From Candidatus Omnitrophota bacterium (lineage in GTDB: Bacteria; Omnitrophota; Gorgyraeia; Gorgyraeales; Gorgyraeaceae), in NCBI GenBank assembly GCA_043822665.1, contig JBDRBM010000010.1, positions 1 to 44,863 on the forward strand: a DNA stretch of 44,863 nucleotides, given 5' to 3'. Positions 26,696 through 35,613 of the stretch are shown piece by piece. The notes under the pieces were generated by a model that made no database searches, was not told the origin of the DNA, and saw only the letters and a list, made by a program, of their open reading frames with translations. The first letter of the stretch is position 1. Every line of letters begins with the position of its first letter. Made by a program: the position numbers and the translations under genes.

Positions 26696-27739
26696 TTAGA
26701 TGAAATATTTTGTGTTGCCCCCCACCCATTCTATTAGCTTCTCAAGGCCTTTTTCAGGAGTTATCTTTGGCTTCCAGTTAAGGGCCTTGGATACTTTGCC
26801 TATGTCTGATATATAAACCTTCTGGTCGCTCGGCCGCCAGTCTTTATGTTCGACATTCCTGAACTTTATGCCGGTTTTACTCTCTATCATAGAAATAAAT
26901 TCAAGAAGGGATGTAGTATTTCTCGGGCCGCCTCCTATATTAAACACATCGTGTTGTATGTCGCTATCTATAAATTTATCATACGCCTCTACCAGATCAT
27001 CGGCATACAATAAGTCCCTTACCTGTTTACCGTCGCCATAGATCGCGATCGGTTGACCTGTTAGATTAGCTATTACAAACCACGCCACCCAGCCCTGGTC
27101 TTCAAAACCAAATTGTCTTGTGCCGTAAATGCAACTCATACGGAACACCGCTGTCTTCATGCCGTAGATATGGGCATATTCTTGGGTATAAATATCTCCT
27201 GTGTATTTTGACGCTCCGTAAGGTGTATGGCCTGTAAGATCCATGGAAAGGCTTTCTGATACGCCTTTTTTACTCTTATACGCGTAACGCGTCTCTTTTT
27301 CCTCGAGCGTTATAGAGTCAACATTCTCGCCGTAGATTTTGTTGGTACTGCAATATACGAACGCAGCCTTAGGCGAGACCTGGCGTGTGCATTCAAGGAC
27401 ATTCAAGGTCCCATAAGCGTTTATGCTGAAGTCCTCCCTTGGGATACGGACAGAAAGCGGCACGCCTGGCTGGCCCGCCGTATGAATCACAACATCCACT
27501 CCGCTGCCAAGCGCCTTCATAACATCTTCCTCGTTCCTTATGTCGCCTTTTATCCGCTTGACCTTATCAAACTGGGCAAGGTAATTCCAGTTGAATTCCA
27601 CGCTTTCTTTATTGTATCCGAAGAGATTTGACCTCATCAGATTATCCAATACGATAACATCATCACCTTTATTGGCGTAATATTCCGCCGCGTGAGAACC
27701 AACTAACCCCGCACCCCCAGTAATTAATACTTTCATCAT
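26696..27739 (-). CDS. Extended SDR nucleotide-sugar epimerase, CDP-paratose 2-epimerase (RfbE)-like
   Basis: TGGAGLVG, STNKIYG, PYGASK (YxxxK), RMSCIYG, EDQGWVAWF and GDGKQVRD. Confidence 0.85.
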   Translation of the reverse strand: MMKVLITGGAGLVGSHAAEYYANKGDDVIVLDNLMRSNLFGYNKESVEFNWNYLAQFDKVKRIKGDIRNEEDVMKALGSGVDVVIHTAGQPGVPLSVRIPREDFSINAYGTLNVLECTRQVSPKAAFVYCSTNKIYGENVDSITLEEKETRYAYKSKKGVSESLSMDLTGHTPYGASKYTGDIYTQEYAHIYGMKTAVFRMSCIYGTRQFGFEDQGWVAWFVIANLTGQPIAIYGDGKQVRDLLYADDLVEAYDKFIDSDIQHDVFNIGGGPRNTTSLLEFISMIESKTGIKFRNVEHKDWRPSDQKVYISDIGKVSKALNWKPKITPEKGLEKLIEWVGGNTKYFI

Positions 27740-27758
27740 TCCTCCTGTTCAGTACTGC

Positions 27759-27906
27759 GCTTAACTTGACCATTCGACGCGGCCTTTGGCCTTGCTCAGG
27801 GTTGACAAAACTTACAATGTAAGAATCGTCAATTTAATGCCCTTCGGGCGAACTTTGTAGGGGTCGGATTCATCCGACCCGCATCAACGGGCGCCATAAA
27901 TGACGC
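27759..27906. repeat. Interrupted motif A plus REPIN-like composite, copy 3 (truncated)
   Basis: GCTTAACTTGAC-[31 bp]-TTGAC-AAAACTTACAATGTAAGAATCGTCAATTTAA, followed by the same GTAGGGG core as at 12800 and 17162. Confidence 0.88.
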
Positions 27907-27927
27907 TACGCTCGAGTACGAGGCAGA

Positions 27928-28500
27928 TTACTCGTTCTTTATATTGATAAAATTCTTTAAGAGCGCTTTTCCTTCTTCTGTCAATATTGATTCTGGATGG
28001 AATTGCACTCCCCAGACCGCCAGATCTCTATGCCTTAATCCCATTATATCTTTGTCATTTGTCCAGGCTGTCACCTTCAGTGAACGCGGCAGCGATCTTT
28101 TTTCTACTATCAAAGAATGATAACGCGTGGCTTCAAAAGGGCAGGGCAGGCCTTTAAAGATCCCTTTACCGTCATGAAAAATCATTGATGTCTTGCCATG
28201 CATCAATTTTCCGGCAGTAACAACTTTGCCTCCAAACGCTTCTCCAATGCACTGGTGCCCAAGACACACGCCAAGAATAGGGATCTTGCCGCTGAATCTT
28301 TTTATGACCTCTTTTGAAATTCCCGCGTCGTCAGGCCTGCCAGGCCCAGGCGAAATCACTATATGGCTTGGCCGCATGGCCTCTATATCTTCCAGGCCTA
28401 TACAATCATTTCTATGCACGGTCAGTTTTTTCCCCAACTCAGAGAGATACTGCACAAGATTATAAGTAAACGAATCGTAATTATCTATCATCAGGATCAT
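27928..28500 (-). CDS. trpG: Anthranilate/aminodeoxychorismate synthase component II (GATase)
   Basis: IDNYDSFTYNL, SPGPG, GVCLGHQ, RYHSL and QFHPES. Confidence 0.9.
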   Translation of the reverse strand: MILMIDNYDSFTYNLVQYLSELGKKLTVHRNDCIGLEDIEAMRPSHIVISPGPGRPDDAGISKEVIKRFSGKIPILGVCLGHQCIGEAFGGKVVTAGKLMHGKTSMIFHDGKGIFKGLPCPFEATRYHSLIVEKRSLPRSLKVTAWTNDKDIMGLRHRDLAVWGVQFHPESILTEEGKALLKNFINIKNE

Positions 28501-30029
28501 GATATGCCTTTCTCCGCTGCTTCAATTGCCTTTATCATAGCCTTTGCCTTGTTAACGGTCTCCTGATATTCTCTGGATGGAACAGAGTCAGCTACAATGC
28601 CTCCGCCAGCCTGTATATAAGCGTCTTTCCCTTTAACGAGCATAGTCCTTATGGTGATGCAGGTGTCCATATTACCAGAGAAACTAAAATACCCCACTGC
28701 CCCCGCATAATAACTTCTCTTTGTATTCTCGAGTTCGTCTATTATCTCCATAGCCCTTATCTTGGGCGCTCCGGATACAGTGCCTGCGGGAAAACACGCC
28801 TTTAGAACATCAAACGCGTTCTTGCCCTTAGCCAGGATACCCCTGCAATTGCTCACGATATGCATGACATGTGAATATCTTTCTATAAACATAAAATCCG
28901 TCACACGGACACTGCCTGGTTTACAAACTCTCCCTATATCATTTCTGCCCAGGTCCACCAGCATGACATGCTCTGCCCTCTCCTTTGCGTCGGCTAAGAG
29001 TTCTTTTCCAAGCCTTCTGTCTTCGGCCTCATTCCTGCCTCTCGGCCTTGTCCCTGCTATAGGCCTGGTCTCGACTACTCCATCTTCGCATCTCACCAGA
29101 AGTTCCGGAGACGAACCTACGATTTTCAGTTCATCAAAATTTAAGTAATACATATAAGGCGATGGATTCAATAACCTGAGAGAGCGATAGACATCAAAGG
29201 GATCGCAATTCAACTTTGTATGGAATCTCTGCGACGGCACAACTTGTATAATATCTCCCGCCTTTATATATTCTTTTGCTTTTTTAACCAAGCCTTCAAA
29301 CTCTTTCTTGGTAAAATTTGACTCAATGCCATGCGGCTTTTTCTTTTTCACCGCGACTTTGTGTCCTTTTAAAGGGCTGTTTAACCTTTCTACGATCTCG
29401 TCTATTTTTTTTACTGCCTCATCATAAACCCGGCCTATGTGTTTTGCCTGTCCTGAGCAGCGTCGAATGGCGCTATGCCTGCCCTGAGCAGCGTCGAATG
29501 GCGCTATGCCATTATAGGCGTTACTCACAACCTTTATCCTATGGGTTGAATGATCAAAGATTACCAGGCTATCAGCGAGCATAAAAATCGAATCCGGAAC
29601 ATTCAGGCAATCCGGGTTATTATCAGGGATATCCTCAAAAAATCTGACAGCATCATATCCAATATAACCGACCATACCCCCAAAAAATCTCGGAAGGCCT
29701 TTTATGATAGCTGGTCTGAACCCGCGCATAATCCTCTCGAGCTCCTTGAGAGGCATATCCGCAGTGAACTTTCTGGTTATCGCGGATCCTGTCAATTCTA
29801 CAGAATTGCCCTTACTCCTAAAAATAAGTGACGGCTCTATGCCGATAAAAGAAAACCTGGCTATCTTTTCTTCGCCTTCTACTGATTCCAGGAGGTATGA
29901 ATGATCATCTTTTACCCTCAGGAACGCGGATACAGGCGTCAACTGGTCACCAAGTATCTCTCTGTATACAGGAATAATATTCGCCTTTTTCGCCAGCCTT
30001 AAAAATTCTTTTTTTGAGGGATAATACAT
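28497..30029 (-). CDS. trpE: Anthranilate synthase component I
   Basis: LLES, NPSPYMY, GSSPE, PIAGT, EHVMLVDLGRND, PAGTVSGAPK and QAGGG. Confidence 0.92.
   Translation of the reverse strand: MYYPSKKEFLRLAKKANIIPVYREILGDQLTPVSAFLRVKDDHSYLLESVEGEEKIARFSFIGIEPSLIFRSKGNSVELTGSAITRKFTADMPLKELERIMRGFRPAIIKGLPRFFGGMVGYIGYDAVRFFEDIPDNNPDCLNVPDSIFMLADSLVIFDHSTHRIKVVSNAYNGIAPFDAAQGRHSAIRRCSGQAKHIGRVYDEAVKKIDEIVERLNSPLKGHKVAVKKKKPHGIESNFTKKEFEGLVKKAKEYIKAGDIIQVVPSQRFHTKLNCDPFDVYRSLRLLNPSPYMYYLNFDELKIVGSSPELLVRCEDGVVETRPIAGTRPRGRNEAEDRRLGKELLADAKERAEHVMLVDLGRNDIGRVCKPGSVRVTDFMFIERYSHVMHIVSNCRGILAKGKNAFDVLKACFPAGTVSGAPKIRAMEIIDELENTKRSYYAGAVGYFSFSGNMDTCITIRTMLVKGKDAYIQAGGGIVADSVPSREYQETVNKAKAMIKAIEAAEKGIS
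29445..29510. repeat. Tandem 31-bp direct repeat inside trpE
   Basis: TGCCTG(T/C)CCTGAGCAGCGTCGAATGGCGCTA x2 plus TGCC, with one mismatch between units. Confidence 0.92.
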
Positions 30030-30030
30030 T

Positions 30031-30375
30031 TTAATGTTGGTTAACTTTCCTATAGAAACAGCTCCTGTTTCCAGTATGACATGCCACGCCGTCTCCTGCC
30101 TGCCTGACTTTTATCAGAAGCGTGTCCATATCGCAATCATAATACATACTTTTCACAAACTGAAAATTACCTGATGTCTCGCCTTTTGTCCAATATTTTC
30201 TCCTCGAGCGGGACCAGAAACACGTCTTACCTGACTTCATAGTCCTCTTTAAAGACTCTTTGTTCATATAAGCCAGCATCAGGACCTCTCCAGACTTGTA
30301 GTCCTGTATTATGGCTGGTACCAAACCGTACTTATCAAACTTTAGATTGTTAATTTTAAACCTTTCTCTTTTCAT
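30031..30375 (-). CDS. hisI: Phosphoribosyl-AMP cyclohydrolase (monofunctional)
   Basis: [30 protein letters not shown] and CHTG..SCF. Confidence 0.96.
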   Translation of the reverse strand: MKRERFKINNLKFDKYGLVPAIIQDYKSGEVLMLAYMNKESLKRTMKSGKTCFWSRSRRKYWTKGETSGNFQFVKSMYYDCDMDTLLIKVRQAGDGVACHTGNRSCFYRKVNQH

Positions 30376-30379
30376 GTCT

Positions 30380-31144
30380 CTACCTAACCCTGACGCCTCT
30401 CCCTTTTAAATATTCTTTTGCCTGTTTTACAGTGTATTCCCTGAAATGGAAGATAGACGCTGCCAACGCGGCATCGGCCTTGCCATCTGTCAAAACATCG
30501 TAAATATGCTCAAGCTTGCCAGCGCCTCCGGAAGCTATTATTGGGATACTTAAGTTCTCTGAAAAAACCCGCGTAAGCTCGACATCATATCCGTCCTTGG
30601 TGCCATCCATATCCATGCTTGTTAAGAGTATCTCACCAGCCCCCAGGGCTTCGACCTTTTTTCCCCATTCAATCGCGTCAAGTCCTGTCGGCGTCCTGCC
30701 GCCATTTACATGTACTTCCCATTTTATATTCTGGCCTGGATTGGCACGTTTAGCGTCTATCGCGACTACTATGCACTGACTGCCAAATTTTTCCGCGGAC
30801 CTTTTTACAAGATCAGGGTCCTTTACCGCCGCGGTATTAATAGAGACCTTATCAGTCCCCGCGTTTAAAAGATCTCTGATATCATTAAGATTGCGTATGC
30901 CTCCTCCGACTGTAAGCGGCATAAACACTGTTTCAGCTGTCCGCCTGGCCACATCCAGCATGGTTTGCCTGTTTTCAAGGCTCGCTGTAATATCGAGAAA
31001 TATGACCTCATCAGCCTCTTCTCTGTCATAGGCCTGGGCGATTTCAACAGGATCTCCTGCGTCCTTGAGATCTAAAAACTTGACACCTTTTACAACCCTG
31101 CCGTCCTTAACATCCAGACATGGTATAATGCGCTTGGTTAGCAT
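30380..31144 (-). CDS. hisF: Imidazole glycerol phosphate synthase cyclase subunit
   Basis: [35 protein letters not shown] and ALAASIFH. Confidence 0.97.
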   Translation of the reverse strand: MLTKRIIPCLDVKDGRVVKGVKFLDLKDAGDPVEIAQAYDREEADEVIFLDITASLENRQTMLDVARRTAETVFMPLTVGGGIRNLNDIRDLLNAGTDKVSINTAAVKDPDLVKRSAEKFGSQCIVVAIDAKRANPGQNIKWEVHVNGGRTPTGLDAIEWGKKVEALGAGEILLTSMDMDGTKDGYDVELTRVFSENLSIPIIASGGAGKLEHIYDVLTDGKADAALAASIFHFREYTVKQAKEYLKGRGVRVR

Positions 31145-31875
31145 AGGTCTCTTTCCGCCGTGATCTTTATCGCCTCTTCCAGATCTACTTTGCCTTCATA
31201 CAATGCCCTTCCGATAATAATGCCTTCAAAATGTTTATTATCTATGCCGAGCAATGCCTTTATATCATCCAGGCTGGAAATACCGCCCGAGGCTATTACC
31301 GAAATATCCACACTAGCAAGAATATCCTTTAGCATTTCTATGTTTGGCCCTTTTAATGTACCGTCCATTGCTATGTCAGTCACTTCAATCGTTTTAACTC
31401 CCGCCTTCTGCATCTCTCTCGCAACGGCATTAGGCCTCAGGCCTGTGTCTTCCTGCCAGCCTTTTTTAACTACCCTTTTGCCCGCAAAATCTATGCCCAC
31501 CACTATCCTGTCTCCAAATTCTGATATAACGCTTTTCAAATAAGCAGGATCCTCAATCGCCTTTGTACCAAGCACTACGCGCTTTGCCCCCTGTTTTAAA
31601 AAATATTCTATATCCTTTTCGGCCCTTATACCGCCTCCCACTTCACAAGATATCGAAACGTTTTTTATTATGCGGTCTATGAGGCGCTTATTCTTAATTT
31701 CTCCAAACCTTGCGCCATCTAAGTCCACAATATGTAATAACGCGGCTCCTTTTTTCTGCCACACAAGCGCAGTTTCAACAGGGTCATCTGAGTAAAATTT
31801 TTCCTTATTAAAGTCCCCCTGGTGCAATCTTACAACCCTGCCCTGCATTATGTCTATAGCGGGTATAATTATCAT
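31138..31875 (-). CDS. hisA: ProFAR isomerase (start moved to ATG 31875)
   Basis: [32 protein letters not shown] and ASGG. Confidence 0.96.
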   Translation of the reverse strand: MIIIPAIDIMQGRVVRLHQGDFNKEKFYSDDPVETALVWQKKGAALLHIVDLDGARFGEIKNKRLIDRIIKNVSISCEVGGGIRAEKDIEYFLKQGAKRVVLGTKAIEDPAYLKSVISEFGDRIVVGIDFAGKRVVKKGWQEDTGLRPNAVAREMQKAGVKTIEVTDIAMDGTLKGPNIEMLKDILASVDISVIASGGISSLDDIKALLGIDNKHFEGIIIGRALYEGKVDLEEAIKITAERDLC

Positions 31876-31876
31876 A

Positions 31877-32491
31877 TTACAATTCTGCAAAATTCTTTAT
31901 GATCTCAAGGCCATACCTTTGGCTTTTTTCAGGGTGAAATTGAAGGCCATAAATATTATCCTTATTCACCCCTGAGGTAAAAGTAACTCCGTATTCTGTT
32001 TCGCACAGAATTACATCCTTATCTTCCGGTTCTACATAATATGAATGCACAAAATACATGAAACTCCCATTCGGTACATTTTTTAATATTTCTGTCTTCT
32101 GTCTTCTGTCTTCTGTCTTTATCCTATTCCACCCCATATGCGGAATCTTTAGCCTGTCCGCTCCTGAAAACCGCTTCACTTTGCCCTTTAAAATATTCAA
32201 CCCTTCTACTGTCCCGCCTTCTTCACTCTCAGTGAATAAAAGCTGCAGACCCAGGCATATTCCGAGAAAGGGCGTTCCTTTCTTTACAACGTCTAATATG
32301 GCGCCTATAAGATCTCTCTTTTTTAACTCATCCATTGCCTTGTCAAAGGCGCCCACGCCTGGCAGTACAACCTTGTCTGACACAAGGATATCTTCAAAAG
32401 AAGAGCTTATATTGACCTTTGAATAGAATAGCTCAAATGCCTTCTCTACACTCCTCAAGTTCCCCATTCCGTAATCTATAATGGTAATCAC
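31877..32491 (-). CDS. hisH: Imidazole glycerol phosphate synthase glutaminase subunit
   Basis: DYGMGNLRS, LPGVG, GICLG, PHMGWN, YFVHSY and QFHPEKS. Confidence 0.97.
   Translation of the reverse strand: MITIIDYGMGNLRSVEKAFELFYSKVNISSSFEDILVSDKVVLPGVGAFDKAMDELKKRDLIGAILDVVKKGTPFLGICLGLQLLFTESEEGGTVEGLNILKGKVKRFSGADRLKIPHMGWNRIKTEDRRQKTEILKNVPNGSFMYFVHSYYVEPEDKDVILCETEYGVTFTSGVNKDNIYGLQFHPEKSQRYGLEIIKNFAEL
32090..32117. repeat. (TTCTGTC)4 heptamer tandem repeat inside hisH
   Basis: Four perfect 7-bp units, encoding TEDRRQKTE. Confidence 0.92.
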
Positions 32492-33093
32492 AGTCTTCCT
32501 TTGGTTGATGGTACGCCTTTTACTCTTGGGTCAATCTGAATCGCTTCGTCTAAGGCCTTAGCCATGGCCTTAAAAATCGATTCTAATAGATGGTGCGTAT
32601 CAGGGCCGGAAGATAAAATAGAAATATTGACCGTTATTGGAAAATTATTGACCATGGCCTGAAAAAACTGACGAGCGTATTCCAAATTATAACCTTCGAC
32701 ATCCCTGGATTCATACACTCCGCCTGTAAACCAATTAGAATTCATGAATGGCCTGCCGCTTATATCTGTCACAACGCGAACCAAGGCCTCATCCATCGGC
32801 ACAGTCTTTTCACCAAAACGCCTGATTCCTTCCTTCTTCTCCAGGGCTTTCTCAAACGCCTGCCCCAGACAAATACCTATATCTTCATTGGTGTGATGAA
32901 TGTCTACCTCTATGTCTCCTTTGGCTTTGATCTTCAAATCAAACAGCCCGTGCTTGGCGAAAAGCGTAAGCATGTGATCCAAAAACGGGATACCTGTTTT
33001 GATATCAGCTTTCCCTTTTCCGTCCACAGTCAGTTCCATTAAAATATCTGTCTCTTTTGTCTTCCTTTTTACTGTTGACTTTCTTCTCTTCAT
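32488..33093 (-). CDS. hisB: Imidazoleglycerol-phosphate dehydratase
   Basis: RKTKETDI, TGIPFLDHML, DIHHTNED, PMDEAL, DISGRP, HHLLE and PSTKG. Confidence 0.96.
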   Translation of the reverse strand: MKRRKSTVKRKTKETDILMELTVDGKGKADIKTGIPFLDHMLTLFAKHGLFDLKIKAKGDIEVDIHHTNEDIGICLGQAFEKALEKKEGIRRFGEKTVPMDEALVRVVTDISGRPFMNSNWFTGGVYESRDVEGYNLEYARQFFQAMVNNFPITVNISILSSGPDTHHLLESIFKAMAKALDEAIQIDPRVKGVPSTKGRL

Positions 33094-33106
33094 ATCCGCT
33101 CCTCAC

Positions 33107-33177
33107 CTTAACTTGACAAAACCCTTCCCCCTCACCCTACCCTCTCCCCATTAGGGAGAGGGTAGGGTGAGGGGGAA
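33107..33177. repeat. Half motif A followed by a BoxC-like perfect hairpin (24-bp stem, 5-nt loop)
   Basis: CTTAACTTGACAAAA, then TTCCCCCTCACCCTACCCTCTCCC-CATTA-GGGAGAGGGTAGGGTGAGGGGGAA. Confidence 0.9.
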
Positions 33178-34434
33178 TTAAGGTCTGACCTGGCCTGAGC
33201 CCAGGATGATGTATTTGTATATACAGAGTTCTTCCAGGGCCATAGGCCCGCGCGCGTGTATCTTGTCTGTTGAAATACCTATTTCAGCTCCCATGCCAAA
33301 CTGATATCCGTCTGTAAATCTGGTTGAGGCGTTATGATAAACGCAGGAAGAATCAACACTTTTTAGAAATCTTTCGGCGGTCTTTTTATCCTTTGTCACT
33401 ATCGCGTCTGAATGCCTGGAGCCGTATTTATTTATAAATTGTATTGCCTCGCTGACATCATTGACTATCCTTACCGCTAGTATCAAATCCAGGTATTCCG
33501 CATACCAGTCCTCTTCAACGGCCTTCTTTATGTCCTTTAAAATCAGCCGCGTCCTGTCGCAGCCGCGCAGTTCGACTCCAGCGTTTTGCAGTATAGCCGC
33601 CGCCCTGGGTAAAAATTTACGGGCTATATCGTTATGCACTAAAAGTGTCTCTATGGCATTACAGACGCCAGGCCTCTGGACTTTGGCATTATACATAATG
33701 TCAAACGCCTGCTTTAGATCGGCGTATTTATCGATATAGAGGTGACATACGCCTTTATAATGTTTTATCACCGGGACAGTCGAAGTCTTTGTAATGTATT
33801 TTATCAGGCCTTCGCCGCCTCTCGGGATCACCAAGTCCACAAACTCAGGCGCTGTAAGAATCGCGTCAACTGCCCTTCTGTCTGTAACATCGATCATGCT
33901 TATGGCTGAAGCGGGGATCTTAAACCCCTTAAGGCCCTCTGTAATAGCGGAATGAATCGCCAGATTTGAATTTATTGCCTCACTGCCCCCTCTTAATATG
34001 CAGGCATTGCCAGATTTAATACAAAGTCCGGCACAATCGCTTGTCACATTAGGCCTGGATTCATATATTATACCAATAACACCTATGGGGACTCTTATTT
34101 TTTTAATAACGAGCCCGTTTGGCCTTTTCCATTCTTTTATCACCTCTCCAACAGGATCCTTTAAGCCAGCCACGGCCTTCAGCCCGTCAGCCATCTCTTT
34201 AACGCGTTCTTTAGTAAGCGCCAGCCTGTCTATCATAGCGCTTGACAGCTTTTTTTTCTTCGCTATATCAATATCTTTTGCATTGCGTAAAAGTATATAC
34301 CTGGTGTTTTTTAACAAACTCTGGGACATTGCCAGAAGCGCCCTATTTTTATCCTTGGTTGAAATATTACCAAGGGCCATTGAGGCATCCTTGGTGTCTT
34401 TTAATATTTTGTATATCCTGTCTTTAAGACTCAT
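33178..34434 (-). CDS. proA: Gamma-glutamyl phosphate reductase
   Basis: YESRPNV, RGGSEA, IPRGG, GVCNAIET, HSDAI, NASTRF and GISTDKIHARGP. Confidence 0.97.
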   Translation of the reverse strand: MSLKDRIYKILKDTKDASMALGNISTKDKNRALLAMSQSLLKNTRYILLRNAKDIDIAKKKKLSSAMIDRLALTKERVKEMADGLKAVAGLKDPVGEVIKEWKRPNGLVIKKIRVPIGVIGIIYESRPNVTSDCAGLCIKSGNACILRGGSEAINSNLAIHSAITEGLKGFKIPASAISMIDVTDRRAVDAILTAPEFVDLVIPRGGEGLIKYITKTSTVPVIKHYKGVCHLYIDKYADLKQAFDIMYNAKVQRPGVCNAIETLLVHNDIARKFLPRAAAILQNAGVELRGCDRTRLILKDIKKAVEEDWYAEYLDLILAVRIVNDVSEAIQFINKYGSRHSDAIVTKDKKTAERFLKSVDSSCVYHNASTRFTDGYQFGMGAEIGISTDKIHARGPMALEELCIYKYIILGSGQVRP

Positions 34435-34445
34435 GGATTCCCATC

Positions 34446-35552
34446 CTACAATATAACTAAATTGTCTATATGGACCACTTCCTGGTAAAACCCCTTTTCT
34501 ATCACCTTTTCTGCTTCCTTTGTGCTCATACCTTTGATTTTATCAACATCCCCTGAGCTGTAATTGGAAAGTCCTTTTGCGAATCCCGCGCCATTGGCGC
34601 CGGCAATTACTACCATGTCGCCGTACGCAAACTTGCCTTCGCTGGATTTTATGCCGCAGGCAAGAAGGCTCTTGTTCTTTTTTAAAAGCGCCTCCTTGGC
34701 TCCGTCATCTACTATAATCTTTCCGGAAGGCTTAGCATTATAGGCTATCCACCTCTTACGCGCCTGAAGCCTGTTTTGCCTTGGGACAAAAAACGTTCCT
34801 GTCTTTTCGCCCTTCAGGACAATGGATAATATTCCTTTTTTGCGTCCGTCCACCACTAGACAGCTTACACCGGAATTCATGGCAATCTTACATGCCTCCA
34901 GCTTGGTCTTCATTCCTCCAAGAGAGCATTCTTTGTCAGTGCCGCGGGCATCCTCTTCCAATTTATCATCTATCTCGAACACAGTATCAACACATTTTGT
35001 CCTGCCCTCAATAAACAACCCCTCAACATCAGTAAGCATAATCAATACGTCTGCTCCCACAAGATTTGCCACAAGCGCAGAGAGCCTGTCATTGTCTCCG
35101 AATTTTATCTCGTCAACAGATACAGTGTCATTCTCATTGATTACAGGCACTGCCTTCTTGCTCAAAAGCGTGTGTATGGTATTCTCGGCATTAAGGTACC
35201 TCCGCCTTTCACGTATATCTTCCCATGTCAGCAGTATCTGTGCGGCATGATAGCCATTTCTCCTGAAAGATTCTTCATACATCTTCATAAGATACCCCTG
35301 CCCTAACGCGGCGCATGCCTGTTGCTCGGGTAAGCTCTTGGGCCTTTTCTTAATGCCCAGCAAGTGCATGCCCGCGGCAATTGCGCCTGAAGACACCACC
35401 ACTACCTGTCGTCCTTCTTTTAATAAAGCCGCTACCTCTTTCGCGAAACCCTTTATCCATGCCGTATTCAGAGCATAGTCCTTTGCCACAAGAATACTTG
35501 TACCGACTTTAATCACTATCTTTTTGGCTTTTTTTATGTCTTGTCTGGTCAT
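34446..35552 (-). CDS. proB: Glutamate 5-kinase with PUA domain
   Basis: VIKVGT, VSSGA, INENDTV, FGDNDRL, GGMKTK and C-terminal VDDGA. Confidence 0.97.
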   Translation of the reverse strand: MTRQDIKKAKKIVIKVGTSILVAKDYALNTAWIKGFAKEVAALLKEGRQVVVVSSGAIAAGMHLLGIKKRPKSLPEQQACAALGQGYLMKMYEESFRRNGYHAAQILLTWEDIRERRRYLNAENTIHTLLSKKAVPVINENDTVSVDEIKFGDNDRLSALVANLVGADVLIMLTDVEGLFIEGRTKCVDTVFEIDDKLEEDARGTDKECSLGGMKTKLEACKIAMNSGVSCLVVDGRKKGILSIVLKGEKTGTFFVPRQNRLQARKRWIAYNAKPSGKIIVDDGAKEALLKKNKSLLACGIKSSEGKFAYGDMVVIAGANGAGFAKGLSNYSSGDVDKIKGMSTKEAEKVIEKGFYQEVVHIDNLVIL

Positions 35553-35562
35553 AAACTAAGCT

Positions 35563-35613
35563 GTAGGCGCAGAGATTGCCCTGCCTCAAGGGCAAAGTAA
35601 ACTTTGCGGCTAC
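35563..35613. repeat. Degenerate GTAG-type REP doublet
   Basis: GTAGGCGCAGAGATTGCCCTGC...GGCAAAGTAAACTTTGCGGCTAC, the same family as 10391. Confidence 0.75.

Noticed and set aside
33094-33177. his or trp attenuator leader peptides
   Set aside because: No His-rich mini-ORF precedes hisB, and trpE starts 1 nt after the hisI stop.
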